NCBI GenBank assembly: GCA_028693705.1
Contig: JAQUUX010000004.1
Span: 779 to 64,778, forward strand
Origin: Lachnospiraceae bacterium
GTDB taxonomy: Bacteria; Bacillota; Clostridia; Lachnospirales; Lachnospiraceae
Direction of reading: 5' to 3'
DNA length: 64,000 bases
The translations under genes were made by a program, and so were the position numbers. Under the pieces are notes generated by a model. That model saw only the letters and a program-made list of their open reading frames with translations, had not been told where the DNA came from and did not search any database. Every line of letters begins with the position of its first letter. Position 1 is the first letter of the stretch. This document shows, in pieces, positions 9,655 to 20,286 of this stretch.

Positions 9655-10038
9655 ATGTTCGATCGTGCTAAAATTAAAAAAACAGATATCATTCTCATAA
9701 TTTTAATTCTCATCATAGCTGCCTGTTCCTTTTTATGGTACAGATATCAAGGAACACCAGGTGCTGCAGTAGAGGTTTATTTGGATGGTGCTTTAACTGC
9801 CACATATCCTTTGGAACAAAGTGCAGAGTATGAATTGACGGGCGCACATGATGGACATAATCATCTGGTCATTGCAGATGGTAAAGCGTCCATTACAGAT
9901 GCAGATTGTCCGGATAAGCTATGTGTAAAACAAAGGGCTATTTCAAAAAACGGAGAAACTATATGTTGCCTGCCGCATAAGCTGGTGATAAAAATTTCCG
10001 GTGGTATGGAAAATGAATTAGATGCTGTAACCAATTAA
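9655..10038 (+). CDS. NusG domain II-containing protein (DUF1312 family)
   Basis: N-terminal TM segment (IILIILILIIAACSF), then the pattern VYLDG...ITDADCPDKLCVKQRAISKNGETICCLPHKLVIKI. The ORF-track start at 9451 lies inside repeat copy C, so I prefer the ATG at 9655. The TTG at 9646 is also possible. Confidence 0.7.
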   Translation: MFDRAKIKKTDIILIILILIIAACSFLWYRYQGTPGAAVEVYLDGALTATYPLEQSAEYELTGAHDGHNHLVIADGKASITDADCPDKLCVKQRAISKNGETICCLPHKLVIKISGGMENELDAVTN

Positions 10039-10111
10039 GTCGGTTCAGTATTGTTTTAGAATTCGGAGTCGGAAAATCAACCGGAAAACAGATGGAGAGG
10101 AATCAGGAAAC

Positions 10112-10660
10112 ATGTCTGATAATGACAATATAATAAATGATCATTCCATAGAGAAAAGTACATCGGGAAAAGTGGCATTTAAGGGACTTTTACTTGCATT
10201 TGCATTGATTTTGTCCTATGTGGAGTCGCTGATTCCATTTTATTTTGGAATTCCCGGAGCAAAACTTGGCCTGGCAAATCTGGCTGTTGTTTTATGTCTG
10301 TATTTATTTTCAGCAGGGACTGCAATTACAGTAAATATTCTTCGTATTATCCTTAGTGGTTTTTTATTTGGTAATATGTTTTCTATTTTATATAGTTTAG
10401 CGGGAGCATTGTTTAGTTTTGTGATTATGCTTGGGTTAAAGAAAAGTGGTAAATTCAGTATATATGGTGTTAGTGTGGCAGGCGGTGTATTTCATAATGT
10501 CGGGCAGATCATGATTGCCGCCTGGGTTGTGCAGACCGTAAGTATAGTTTTTTATCTTCCGGTTTTATTAATGGCAGGATTATTAACCGGTCTGCTGATT
10601 GGCATTATTGCATCCAGGATTATGCCATATGTTTCACAATTTAAGGAGAGAATCAAATGA
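10112..10660 (+). CDS. Gx transporter family membrane protein (heptaprenyl diphosphate synthase component I-like)
   Basis: 182 aa, polytopic. Its usual genomic partner is the preceding NusG_II gene. Confidence 0.65.
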   Translation: MSDNDNIINDHSIEKSTSGKVAFKGLLLAFALILSYVESLIPFYFGIPGAKLGLANLAVVLCLYLFSAGTAITVNILRIILSGFLFGNMFSILYSLAGALFSFVIMLGLKKSGKFSIYGVSVAGGVFHNVGQIMIAAWVVQTVSIVFYLPVLLMAGLLTGLLIGIIASRIMPYVSQFKERIK

Positions 10661-11262
10661 TTGCTTATTTAGTAGGAACTGTTGCTGATGTTGGGGCAGA
10701 ATCCATGGTTTTGGATGTAAATCATGTAGGATATCAGATTCGTATTTCAGCAGAGACGGCATCAAGATTATCACAGGGCGATGAAGCGGTTAAAATATAT
10801 ACCTATATGTGTGTCAGAGAAGACGATGTGAGCTTATTTGGTTTTCTCTCGGAAGATGAGCTACAGCTTTTTAAAAAACTGATTACAGTCAGCGGTATTG
10901 GTCCGAAAGGTGGTTTGTCCCTTTTATCTTGTATTTCACCGGACAGTTTGCGGTTTGCCATTATGGCCGGCGACGTGAAAACAATTTCCTCGGCTCCTGG
11001 AATCGGTAAACGTACTGCTGAAAGGATGATCCTGGAATTAAGGGATAAGATTAAACCGGAAGATACGGTTGTTGTTCGCAGTATGAATGAGGAACACAGA
11101 TTCGGTACAGGAAAGAGCCCTGTAGCACAGGATGCCATTGCTGCATTAACAGCGTTGGGTTATTCCGGTGCTGAGGCTATGAAGGCTGTAAACAGTGTTG
11201 CTATTACAGAGGAAATGGAAGTTCAGGATGTATTGGATCTTGCATTTAAAGCTCTGATATAA
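10657..11262 (+). CDS. ruvA: Holliday junction branch migration complex subunit RuvA
   Basis: 201 aa. MIAYLVGTV..., HhH motifs (LITVSGIGPKGG, APGIGKRTAERMILEL). Followed by ruvB. Confidence 0.9.
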   Translation: MIAYLVGTVADVGAESMVLDVNHVGYQIRISAETASRLSQGDEAVKIYTYMCVREDDVSLFGFLSEDELQLFKKLITVSGIGPKGGLSLLSCISPDSLRFAIMAGDVKTISSAPGIGKRTAERMILELRDKIKPEDTVVVRSMNEEHRFGTGKSPVAQDAIAALTALGYSGAEAMKAVNSVAITEEMEVQDVLDLAFKALI

Positions 11263-12276
11263 TTGGTAAAGGTGAAAAACTTGAAACGATCAATTGAAAC
11301 GAACATTCAGGAAGAAGATAAAAAACTGGAAGGATCTTTACGTCCTCAGACATTAACTGATTACATTGGTCAGAATAAGGTCAAAGAGAATTTGAAGGTT
11401 TATATTGAAGCGGCAAGACTAAGAAATGATTCCCTTGATCATGTGTTATTTTATGGACCTCCGGGACTTGGAAAGACTACACTTGCTAATATTATTGCCA
11501 ATGAAATGCAGGTTCATTTGAAGATTACCAGCGGACCGGCGATTGAACGTCCCGGGGATATAGCAGCGGTATTAAGCGGGTTAAGTAATGGAGATCTGCT
11601 CTTTATTGATGAAATACATCGTCTGAATAAACAGGTTGAGGAAGTGCTGTATTCGGCCATGGAAGATTATGCCATTGATATTATGGTCGGCAAAGGTGAA
11701 GGTTCTCGCTCTATCAGGTATAAACTACCAAAATTCACTTTAGTAGGTGCTACTACAAGGGCAGGTTTATTATCGGCACCGTTAAGAGATCGTTTTGGGG
11801 TTATTCAGCGACTGGAATTCTATTCTGTTGAGGAGTTGCAAATCATTATTATGCATTCTGCCAGATTGTTGCAGGTGGAAATTGAACCGGCAGGCGCAAT
11901 TGAACTTGCGAAGAGAAGCAGAGGAACGCCAAGACTTGCTAATCGTTTTTTAAAACGTGTGAGGGATTTTGCCCAGGTAAAATATGACGGTGTTATTACA
12001 GAAGAAGTGGCAAGGGTTGCTCTTGATCTAATGGATGTAGACCGTATGGGATTAGACCACTTAGACAGGAACATTTTGGAAACTATGATTTACAAATTCC
12101 AGGGAGGACCTGTTGGTTTGGATACTTTAGCGGCTGCAATAGGCGAAGATGCCGGAACCATCGAGGATGTGTATGAACCTTACCTGATTAAAAATGGTTT
12201 TTTGAATCGTACACCCAGAGGCAGAATGGTCACAGAACTGACCTATACCCATTTAGGTCTTGAAATTCCCTCCTAA
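11263..12276 (+). CDS. ruvB: Holliday junction branch migration DNA helicase RuvB
   Basis: [13 protein letters not shown], Walker [10 protein letters not shown], and DEIHRL. The exact start is uncertain: the TTG at 11263 abuts the ruvA stop. Confidence 0.9.
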   Translation: MVKVKNLKRSIETNIQEEDKKLEGSLRPQTLTDYIGQNKVKENLKVYIEAARLRNDSLDHVLFYGPPGLGKTTLANIIANEMQVHLKITSGPAIERPGDIAAVLSGLSNGDLLFIDEIHRLNKQVEEVLYSAMEDYAIDIMVGKGEGSRSIRYKLPKFTLVGATTRAGLLSAPLRDRFGVIQRLEFYSVEELQIIIMHSARLLQVEIEPAGAIELAKRSRGTPRLANRFLKRVRDFAQVKYDGVITEEVARVALDLMDVDRMGLDHLDRNILETMIYKFQGGPVGLDTLAAAIGEDAGTIEDVYEPYLIKNGFLNRTPRGRMVTELTYTHLGLEIPS

Positions 12277-12333
12277 GCTGATATATAATAAACAAAATAA
12301 GGAAATGTGTCAGCACATAGAAGGGATATACTT

Positions 12334-12744
12334 ATGTCCGATAAAACTGATACCGAGGTAATCATTGGCGGAAAGGTATTTACACTGAGTGGTTATGAAA
12401 GTGAAGAATATCTCCAAAAGGTTGCTTCTTATATCAATAACAAGATAAATGAATATAATAAAGTTGACAGTTTCAAGCGTCTTCCGCTTGATATGCAAAA
12501 TGTACTTTTGCAGTTGAATATTGCAGATGATTATTTTAAGGCTAAAAAGCAGATCAGTATTCTGGAGGACGAGCTGCAAGCGAAAGAGAAAGAACTGTAT
12601 GATCTGAAGCATGAGCTGATTGCTGCTCAGATTAAGATGGAGAATACTGAGAAGAACTCCAAAAATCTGCAAAAGAAGCTGGATGATAATGCCAAAACAA
12701 TTATCAAACTGGAAACGGAATTATCAAGTACAAAGGAATCTTAA
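12334..12744 (+). CDS. zapA: Cell division protein ZapA with a C-terminal coiled coil
   Basis: VIIGGKVFTLSGYESEEYLQKVASYINNKI matches the ZapA fold signature. I prefer the ATG at 12334, with a purine-rich RBS upstream, over the GTG at 12307. Confidence 0.75.
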   Translation: MSDKTDTEVIIGGKVFTLSGYESEEYLQKVASYINNKINEYNKVDSFKRLPLDMQNVLLQLNIADDYFKAKKQISILEDELQAKEKELYDLKHELIAAQIKMENTEKNSKNLQKKLDDNAKTIIKLETELSSTKES

Positions 12745-12755
12745 TGTTGTTTTTT

Positions 12756-12782
12756 AAAGCTGTCTTTTAGGCAGCTTTTTTT
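12756..12782 (+). terminator. Rho-independent terminator after zapA
   Basis: AAAGCTG / CAGCTTT stem followed by a T-run. Confidence 0.55.
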
Positions 12783-12811
12783 ACTGTTGTCAAAAGAAGG
12801 GTAAGCAGATT

Positions 12812-15034
12812 ATGAAAAAAGTTGAATTGTTAGCACCGGCCGGAAATTATGAAAGTTTTCTGGGTGCAATATGTGCCGGAGCGGATGCGGTTTATCTGGC
12901 AGGCAGAAAATTTGGTGCAAGAGCCTATGCTGATAATTTTTCTGATGAAGAGATATTACAGGCAATTCGTATAGCACATTTAATGAATAAAAAAATATAT
13001 CTGACCATCAATACGCTGGTAAAGGAATTTGAACTTTCAGATTTGCTCCCTTTTGTAACACCTTTTGCCGAAGCTGGTTTGGATGGGGTGATTATCCAGG
13101 ATTTTGGGGTGTTTCAGGTACTTCGTGAGAATTTTCCGAAACTGGAACTTCATGCCAGTACCCAGATGACTATTACCGGTTCACTTGGTGCTGCCTTTAT
13201 GAAAGAACAGGGAGCCTGTCGTATAGTACCGGCAAGGGAACTCTCTTTGGCAGAGATCAAACAGATCAAGACTGAGGTTCCAATTGAAATAGAGGCATTT
13301 ATCCATGGAGCTATGTGTTATGCTTATTCAGGACAATGTCTGTTTAGCAGTATTTTGGGAGGCAGAAGCGGAAATCGTGGCAGATGTGCCCAGCCTTGTC
13401 GTCTGCCTTATAAAGTGGATGGAAAAAAAGAACAATATCCTCTTAGCCTGAAGGATATGTGTACTGTACAGGCAATTCCAGAACTGATCCGCGCTGGAAT
13501 TGATTCCTTTAAAATCGAAGGCCGTATGAAAAAACCGGAATATGCTGCCGGTATAACAGCAATTTACCGGAAATATATTGATGCTTACTATGCTGCACCG
13601 GATAAGCCTTTGCAGATTAGTAGGGAAGATTTAGACATATTACAGCAGTTATATATTCGAACTGAATTGCAGGATGGTTATTATTTCAGACACAATGGCA
13701 GGGAGATGGTAACGATTGGAAAGCCGAGCTATTCCGGTTGTGAGGACGGACTTCTTGAGAGGATTAGAAAAGAGTACCTGAACAGACTTCCTAAACGAGA
13801 TGTTTATATCGAAGTGTCTGCTTTTACGGGATGCGAAATAACCTGTACCATGACTCTTTGTGATGAGCCTGAGAAAACAGTCACAGTTATGGGTACAGTG
13901 GTTGATGCTGCCCAGAAAACTCCTTTATCAGAATCGAAAATCAAAGAACAAATTGGACGACTGGGAGATTCTGTTTTTCAGGCAGGTGAGATAACGGTAT
14001 ATACTGATGAACATTCTTTTTTACCGGTAAGCGCATTGAATAATTTACGAAGAGAAGCCGTTGGTGAACTAGAAAAATTGATTTTACAGAAAGAAAATGT
14101 AAAAACCGAAATTTTTAAAACACATGATTTAATGCAAAACAGTAATAACGAAGTAATGCAATCTGTGCAGCTGACTTTAAAAACGACCGATCAATTAAAA
14201 GCATTCATGACTTTTACAGCCGATTCCCAACAAAGTTATGAAGACAAAATATTTCCTTTCATTGCAGCAGAAATTTTGACAGATAAAGCATCTGCTAAAA
14301 TTGATCTTCCGAAATCTTTTGGTATTTGTCTGCCTGAAATTATCAGAATGAAGGATGATGCATTTCTTGAACAATTGAAGAAATTTTGTATACAGACAAA
14401 GAATTGCAAAGCTGTACTGGTACGTAGTCTTGAAGGAATGCAATGGTTGAAAAAACTGCAAATGGAATTAACTGAGGAAAACAGAGCTATTATTGCAGTG
14501 TTAGACAGCAGCGTTTATGTATGGAACCATAAGGCATGGATATTCTTAAAACAGTGTGGTCTGGGAAACAGCAGATTCACGATTCCTTATGAGTTGAATA
14601 AAAAAGAAACACTACAGTTAATGGCTGCAGTAAAACAGTATGACAATAAAATATTTTTTTCACAATCAGTATACGGACGTATCCCACTGATGTATACTGC
14701 AAATTGTTTGAAGAAAACATCCATGCAGTGTGATCATCAGCAATCTGTTGTTACAATGGAGGACAGATACCATGTTTCTTTTCCTGTGGTTACGGAATGC
14801 AGTCATTGTTATAATATTGTATATAATTCGGTACCGTTAGCGTTACATGGTGTGCTATCAGAAATAGAAAACAGAGTATCAGCTATTCGTCTGGATTTTA
14901 CAATTGAAGGGGAATATGAAACTAATCAGATATTATCCTATTTTCTTGGATTATGGATTGGAAAACAAAAAACAGATGTAAAACCTCCATTGGGAGATTA
15001 TACAACAGGCCATTATAAAAGGGGCGTGGAATAA
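12812..15034 (+). CDS. U32-family peptidase-like protein, long 740-aa form
   Basis: N-terminus VELLAPAGNYESFLGAICAGADAVYLAG. Cys-rich segment GAMCYAYSGQCLFSS...RGRCAQPCR typical of the U32 family. Large C-terminal extension. Confidence 0.8.
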   Translation: MKKVELLAPAGNYESFLGAICAGADAVYLAGRKFGARAYADNFSDEEILQAIRIAHLMNKKIYLTINTLVKEFELSDLLPFVTPFAEAGLDGVIIQDFGVFQVLRENFPKLELHASTQMTITGSLGAAFMKEQGACRIVPARELSLAEIKQIKTEVPIEIEAFIHGAMCYAYSGQCLFSSILGGRSGNRGRCAQPCRLPYKVDGKKEQYPLSLKDMCTVQAIPELIRAGIDSFKIEGRMKKPEYAAGITAIYRKYIDAYYAAPDKPLQISREDLDILQQLYIRTELQDGYYFRHNGREMVTIGKPSYSGCEDGLLERIRKEYLNRLPKRDVYIEVSAFTGCEITCTMTLCDEPEKTVTVMGTVVDAAQKTPLSESKIKEQIGRLGDSVFQAGEITVYTDEHSFLPVSALNNLRREAVGELEKLILQKENVKTEIFKTHDLMQNSNNEVMQSVQLTLKTTDQLKAFMTFTADSQQSYEDKIFPFIAAEILTDKASAKIDLPKSFGICLPEIIRMKDDAFLEQLKKFCIQTKNCKAVLVRSLEGMQWLKKLQMELTEENRAIIAVLDSSVYVWNHKAWIFLKQCGLGNSRFTIPYELNKKETLQLMAAVKQYDNKIFFSQSVYGRIPLMYTANCLKKTSMQCDHQQSVVTMEDRYHVSFPVVTECSHCYNIVYNSVPLALHGVLSEIENRVSAIRLDFTIEGEYETNQILSYFLGLWIGKQKTDVKPPLGDYTTGHYKRGVE

Positions 15035-15042
15035 AACATTTT

Positions 15043-16443
15043 ATGATTGCATATATAAGAGAATTTTCCAAATATTTTATAACAATTTTTATGGCAATTT
15101 ATACCTTGGAATGTTTCATGGTATTTCGTTATTCAACAGAAGAGAAGCGAAATGGTATTTATACCAGACAGTGCGTTTTTATGTTTCTGACACACGGTGC
15201 AGCTTTTCTTTCTTTGTGTGTTCAGACCGGTGATATGGAATACCTTTTTTTCTATGGTTTTGAACAGATTATTCTGTTTGCATCCATTTGCATGTTCCAG
15301 ATGCTGTATCCGAACGGTAATCGTCTGATTATAAATAACATGTGTATGTTACTGGGGATTGGGTTTATTATGCTCGCCCGTTTATCCATGACAAAAGCGA
15401 TTAAACAGTTTCTGATAGTAGTTGTTTCCATGGTATTTGTATTATTGATTCCTTACATTATGCGAAAATACAAATCTTTAAGAGATTTGACATGGCTTTA
15501 TGCATTGGCAGGTGTTGTTTCTCTTGGCGGAGTTCTGTTTCTGGGAAGTCTGACAAATGGTTCGAAGCTTTCATTTTCTATTGGTGGAGTGACTTTTCAG
15601 CCATCAGAAATGGTAAAAATTGTTTTTGTTTTTTTGATTGCAGGAATTCTTTCTAAAAGTCATAATTTATTACAGATTGTAAAAGCAGGTTCTCTGGCGG
15701 CAGTGCATGTTTTAATACTGGTATTGTCCAGAGATCTGGGAAGTGCATTGATTTTCTTTGTCGTATATTTTGCTATGGTTTTTTTTGCAACAGGAAAAAT
15801 ACGTTATCTGGCACTGGGAGCCGGTTCAGGCGCGGCGGCTTCCGTTTTGGCCTATCGTATATTTACCCATGTTCAGGTAAGAGTGCAGGCCTGGAGAGAT
15901 CCCTGGAGTGTAATTGATTCAGAGGGATTTCAGATTACCCAGTCATTATTTGCCATTTGTTCGGGAGGACTTTTCGGTCTGGGTCTTTTACAGGGAACAC
16001 CGAAATCTATACCATACGTGGAAACGGATTTTATTTTTGCCGCGATTACAGAGGAACTGGGAATTATATTTTCACTATGTCTGATATTAATATGCTTGAG
16101 CTGTTTTATTATGTTTGTGAATATTTCATTGCATTTGCGAGATGAGTTTTACCAGCTTACGGCTTTTGGTCTGGGTATCTGCTATATTTTTCAGGTATTT
16201 CTAACGATTGGCGGTGGCGTCAAATTCATACCCTTAACCGGTGTAACACTTCCGCTTGTAAGTTACGGCGGGAGTTCTGTATTGGCAACTTTAGTAATGT
16301 TTGCTGTAATTGAGGGCTTGTATATTATCAGACAGGAAGAGGAGATCAGACTTGCCAGGGAGAAAAGTATCAGAGAACGGAAACGTATCCGTTCCAGTCA
16401 AACAGAGAAAAATGCACAAATTAGAGACAGAGAAGAATTTTAG
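15043..16443 (+). CDS. FtsW/RodA/SpoVE (SEDS) family peptidoglycan glycosyltransferase
   Basis: 466 aa, polytopic. Conserved tail motifs PYVETDFIFAAI and GVTLPLVSYGGSS. Charged C-terminal tail. Confidence 0.85.
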   Translation: MIAYIREFSKYFITIFMAIYTLECFMVFRYSTEEKRNGIYTRQCVFMFLTHGAAFLSLCVQTGDMEYLFFYGFEQIILFASICMFQMLYPNGNRLIINNMCMLLGIGFIMLARLSMTKAIKQFLIVVVSMVFVLLIPYIMRKYKSLRDLTWLYALAGVVSLGGVLFLGSLTNGSKLSFSIGGVTFQPSEMVKIVFVFLIAGILSKSHNLLQIVKAGSLAAVHVLILVLSRDLGSALIFFVVYFAMVFFATGKIRYLALGAGSGAAASVLAYRIFTHVQVRVQAWRDPWSVIDSEGFQITQSLFAICSGGLFGLGLLQGTPKSIPYVETDFIFAAITEELGIIFSLCLILICLSCFIMFVNISLHLRDEFYQLTAFGLGICYIFQVFLTIGGGVKFIPLTGVTLPLVSYGGSSVLATLVMFAVIEGLYIIRQEEEIRLAREKSIRERKRIRSSQTEKNAQIRDREEF

Positions 16444-17845
16444 GCAAAAGAAATTTGCGATTATGTTTTCATGTTATATCTTTGTCTTTTTATTTCTGAG
16501 TCTGATGGGATATATAGGTTATTATTCCGCGACACATTATCAGGAGCTTTTAAATAATAATTATAATGGCAGACAAAAGGTTTTACAGAGTAAGAATACC
16601 AGAGGAACTATTTTTGCAGATAATTATGATGTTCTTGCCCAGACTGTATTAGATGATGCAGGAGATGAGGTGCGGGAATATCCATTTGAAAATATTTTTT
16701 CTCATGTAGTTGGATATACGGCTAAGGGAAAAACCGGGATTGAGGCGGATTATAATTATTATCTTATCAATTCTAGTCTGCCTATTACAGAAAAACTGGA
16801 TGCTGAAAACAAAGAGGAAAAAGTTCCTGCAGATAATGTGGTAACTACCCTTAATGTAAACTTGCAGGAAACAGTAGAAAAGGCACTTGGTGTTTATCGA
16901 GGTGCTGTTATTGTGACAGAGCCGTCTACAGGAAAGATACTTGCGATGGTATCAAAGCCGGATTTTGATCCTAATAGAATCGCTTCCATATGGGAGGACG
17001 TTGTGGCTGATACTGATAGTTCAAGTTTATTAAATCGCTCAACACAGGGATTGTATCCACCGGGATCTACCTTCAAGATATTCTCTGCACTGGAATACAT
17101 TCGTGAAAACCCGGCAACTTATGAAAATTACAGCTATCAATGTAACGGAAGCTTTACCTGCAATGGAGATAAAATAAGCTGTTATCATGGAACAAAACAT
17201 GGTTTGGTTTCTTTTCGGAAATCTTTTGCAAAATCATGCAATTCTTCTTTTGCAAATATTGGTGTCCAGCTTAATAAAACTTCTTTCGCGAAAACACTGG
17301 ATGAAATGCTGTTTAATCAGCCTCTTTCGGTAAAATTCAATTATAAGGAGAGCAGTATACAGGTTAGTGAAGATACCAGTTCCTATGATATGATGCAGAC
17401 GGCCATTGGTCAGGGAAAAACACAGATTACACCGCTACAGTTGAATATGGTTACCGGTGCAATTGCTAATGGTGGTAAAGCAATGATTCCTTATGTGGTG
17501 GATCGGATAGAAACGGCAGAAAAGCAGGTGGTGAAAAGTTATGCTCCTAAAATGGAAAAGCAGATAATGACTGAAGAGGAAGCAGCAATTTTAACAGACC
17601 TGATGGAAGATGTGGTGGAAGAAGGCACCGGATCCAAATTGTCCGGATTGTCATATACAGCAGCGGGTAAGACTGGATCAGCTGAATATAATGCAACAAA
17701 AGGGGACTCACACGCCTGGTTTACTGGTTTTGCACCGGTGGAGAATCCCAAAATATGTGTAACTGTTATTATAGAAGGCGCTGGAAGTGGCGGTGATTAT
17801 GCAGTTCCCATTGCCAAAAGAGTATTTGATGCTTATCTGGACTAG
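16412..17845 (+). CDS. Class B penicillin-binding protein (D,D-transpeptidase)
   Basis: Motifs STFK (GSTFKIF), SCN and KTGS. TM anchor FAIMFSCYIFVFLFLSL. I chose the start at ATG 16412. The ORF-track 16310 would overlap the SEDS gene by 134 nt. Confidence 0.85.
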   Translation: MHKLETEKNFRQKKFAIMFSCYIFVFLFLSLMGYIGYYSATHYQELLNNNYNGRQKVLQSKNTRGTIFADNYDVLAQTVLDDAGDEVREYPFENIFSHVVGYTAKGKTGIEADYNYYLINSSLPITEKLDAENKEEKVPADNVVTTLNVNLQETVEKALGVYRGAVIVTEPSTGKILAMVSKPDFDPNRIASIWEDVVADTDSSSLLNRSTQGLYPPGSTFKIFSALEYIRENPATYENYSYQCNGSFTCNGDKISCYHGTKHGLVSFRKSFAKSCNSSFANIGVQLNKTSFAKTLDEMLFNQPLSVKFNYKESSIQVSEDTSSYDMMQTAIGQGKTQITPLQLNMVTGAIANGGKAMIPYVVDRIETAEKQVVKSYAPKMEKQIMTEEEAAILTDLMEDVVEEGTGSKLSGLSYTAAGKTGSAEYNATKGDSHAWFTGFAPVENPKICVTVIIEGAGSGGDYAVPIAKRVFDAYLD

Positions 17846-17882
17846 ATAAAATACGATTGCTATAAACGGGTAATGCAACGGA

Positions 17883-18941
17883 TTATAGAATAGCGTCTAT
17901 TTCCAACTCAGGAAAAGCGCGTAAATCCAACAGATTTCCATCCTCCTCCCGAATGACCGGTTTGGATAGCCGGGAATTGTTGATATGTTCCACAGTACCG
18001 ATGGTACCGTTACTAAGCCGTACCTTTTGGCCCACATAATTATTCGCTACATGGGATAGTATAACTCGTAGGGCATTGGAGTCAAACTTTTGCATTCCGA
18101 TTTTTTCAAATGTTTCGATTGTTTGAAAAGTATTCATCATGGAGCGATAGGTGCGTGGAGAAATCAATGCTTCATAAACATCTATGATAGCAATATATCT
18201 GGAATACAGATCAATTTTATCGGTTCTTAAATGAAGAGGATAGCCGGTACCGTCGCAACGTTCTTGATGAGTTACTGTTGTGATAAGAACTTCCTGGGGC
18301 ATATGGACGGATTTGAGCAGATGAAAACCTCTTACTGTATGAGTTTTTATTTGCTCATATTCTTCATCAGTAAGTTTGTCCGGTTTCCAGATCAAATCAT
18401 GCGGAAGAAGCAATTTCCCAATATCATAGAAAAAAGCACATCCGATCAAAATATGTGTCTGTTCGTCGGATAAACCAAGCCAATCAGCAAAGATGCTGGC
18501 AAGTAAAGCAGAATTCAGACAGTGTGCATAGGTTAAATCATCTTCACCAGCCATTCTGTTATATAAATAATCATGTAGCATATCTTTGTTTGGCGCGGCC
18601 TTACAGATGTTTTGGTGTAAACTAAAGAGTGTTTCTTCACCAGGTTCGATTCCTTCATTTACCAGTTTATCCATAAGTTTCTTATATTGCTGAAGGTTTT
18701 CGGTGTAGATGGCACTGAATTTCTTGAATGCATCACTTAAAACTATGCTTTCATAGTGCGTATCTGCATAATCAACGGGTTCGTGGATATTGACGCAGAC
18801 AATATTGTGGCGCTTAAGTTTCTGCATAATCACATCATTGACCTGCTGTTCTTTTTTTACGATTATTTCCTGATTTTTACCTAATACATCCTCAGCCAAA
18901 ATCATATCCGGCTGTAAACTTAATACTGCTACAGTTTTCAT
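17883..18941 (-). CDS. HD-GYP domain protein (putative c-di-GMP phosphodiesterase)
   Basis: 352 aa. Contains YDIGK, HQERCDGTGYP (HHExxDGxGYP-like) and an HD motif. Confidence 0.8.
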   Translation of the reverse strand: MKTVAVLSLQPDMILAEDVLGKNQEIIVKKEQQVNDVIMQKLKRHNIVCVNIHEPVDYADTHYESIVLSDAFKKFSAIYTENLQQYKKLMDKLVNEGIEPGEETLFSLHQNICKAAPNKDMLHDYLYNRMAGEDDLTYAHCLNSALLASIFADWLGLSDEQTHILIGCAFFYDIGKLLLPHDLIWKPDKLTDEEYEQIKTHTVRGFHLLKSVHMPQEVLITTVTHQERCDGTGYPLHLRTDKIDLYSRYIAIIDVYEALISPRTYRSMMNTFQTIETFEKIGMQKFDSNALRVILSHVANNYVGQKVRLSNGTIGTVEHINNSRLSKPVIREEDGNLLDLRAFPELEIDAIL

Positions 18942-19052
18942 ATGTCATCACCACCCCGATTATTTAAACCCTCATATATTTAGTATAGAAAAATATTTGA
19001 TAAAGTCAATAATTCTATTTTTGAAACAGGGAATTCGTGCTAAAATAAATCC

Positions 19053-19367
19053 ATGATGAAATTTAGAAAAGAATTATATTGCAGTGAAACAATTAAAAAT
19101 CCGAAACTGATTAAATGGCGGCTACAACATCATGTTGGACAGCCTTCTGTTTATGTACTTGTCATTTCGGATGGTCCTGATCAACTGGATATTTATCATT
19201 CCAATGTACTTTTACAGCCGGTGTTCAGGAATATCCCACTGCTGGTTGTTGGCATTGCTGATGGATACCAGGCAGCGCTTGAACTGGTACAGCAGATGAC
19301 CTGTGATGCCATGAAAGAAACAGGAACCTGTGATATCAAAAATTTTCTGATTTCAAAAAAACCATAA
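19053..19367 (+). CDS. Hypothetical protein
   Basis: 104-aa ORF filling an otherwise empty gap, 11 nt upstream of the next gene. No clear SD and no motif I recognise. Confidence 0.4.
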   Translation: MMKFRKELYCSETIKNPKLIKWRLQHHVGQPSVYVLVISDGPDQLDIYHSNVLLQPVFRNIPLLVVGIADGYQAALELVQQMTCDAMKETGTCDIKNFLISKKP

Positions 19368-19378
19368 TGAGGTAATAC

Positions 19379-20284
19379 ATGCTGACTTGGGTCTTATTCA
19401 TATTAAAAATAATAGGTATTATCTTACTGGCTGTTTTAGCCTTTGTCCTTATTTTGCTTGCACTTTTACTTTTTTGGCCATTTCATTACCGTTTACAGGT
19501 CAATTTTCTGAATGAAGTGTTAAAGGCAAGGGTCGAGATATTCTGGCTGCTTCATATTTTGTGGATTAAGTATGTATATCCGGATATGGACGATTTAAAT
19601 ATTCGTGTATTTGGATTTATGCTTGGAGCAAAAGAGAAAAAAGGAAAATCTCCCCAAAAAAAGCAAACAAAAGAAAAACAAATAATTGAAACACAAGAAA
19701 ATGAGAAGAATGCAAAGAGCGAAATAATTTTGAACAATGTAGAAACTGATCAAAGAAATGTAACACCTGCTGCTGAGACAACTCCGCAATTGGAAGCTTC
19801 AGAACCCCGAAAAGGAATTTGGAAAAGAGTCCATGATTTTATTATAAGGGTCATTACATTTTTCAAGAATATTTTACACACAATAAAAGGGTTATATGCT
19901 AAAATCAAATCAGGAGAGCAAACGGTACAGTATTATATAGACCTTTGGCATTCGCCGCTTATGCAGGATGAAATTATCTGCTTAAAAAAGTACTTGAAAA
20001 AGATTTATCGGAATATTCATCCACGTATTGTGAGGGGAAACTTACAGTTTGGATTTGAAGATCCATCTACAACAGGTTATATTCTGGCAGGATATTATGG
20101 TGCTTTATATCCATATATAGGCAAACATTTTACGCTGCAGCCCGAATTTGAAAAAGAAATTTTTACCGGAGATCTGGTGATAAAAGGACATGTAAATTTA
20201 TTTGTTCTGGTAGTAACAGGATTACGACTATATTTTGACAAACAATTACGACAGCTTTTAAAACAGTTGAAAAAGGAGAACTAG
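19379..20284 (+). CDS. DUF2953-family (YtfI-like) sporulation-associated membrane protein
   Basis: N-terminal TM segment, a Lys/Glu-rich linker, and a C-terminal LQFGFEDPSTTGYILAGYYGALYPYIG region. Immediately upstream of the gerW/ytfJ homolog, as in the B. subtilis ytfIJ operon. Confidence 0.6.
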   Translation: MLTWVLFILKIIGIILLAVLAFVLILLALLLFWPFHYRLQVNFLNEVLKARVEIFWLLHILWIKYVYPDMDDLNIRVFGFMLGAKEKKGKSPQKKQTKEKQIIETQENEKNAKSEIILNNVETDQRNVTPAAETTPQLEASEPRKGIWKRVHDFIIRVITFFKNILHTIKGLYAKIKSGEQTVQYYIDLWHSPLMQDEIICLKKYLKKIYRNIHPRIVRGNLQFGFEDPSTTGYILAGYYGALYPYIGKHFTLQPEFEKEIFTGDLVIKGHVNLFVLVVTGLRLYFDKQLRQLLKQLKKEN

Positions 20285-20286
20285 AC

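Noticed and set aside
9438-9671. The 77-aa ORF and the N-terminal 68 codons of the 9451-10038 ORF.
   Set aside because: Both are read-through of repeat copy C (9302-9570). The recognisable NusG_II protein begins at MFDRAKIKK (ATG 9655).
12310-12672. 120-aa minus-strand ORF.
   Set aside because: It is antisense to zapA, with a Leu/Ile/Phe-rich shadow-frame composition.
16310-16411. The longer N-terminal extension of the PBP ORF (ORF-track start at 16310).
   Set aside because: It would overlap the SEDS gene by 134 nt in another frame and encodes an Arg/Ser-rich peptide before the TM anchor. The start at 16412, or possibly 16463, fits a bitopic class B PBP better.
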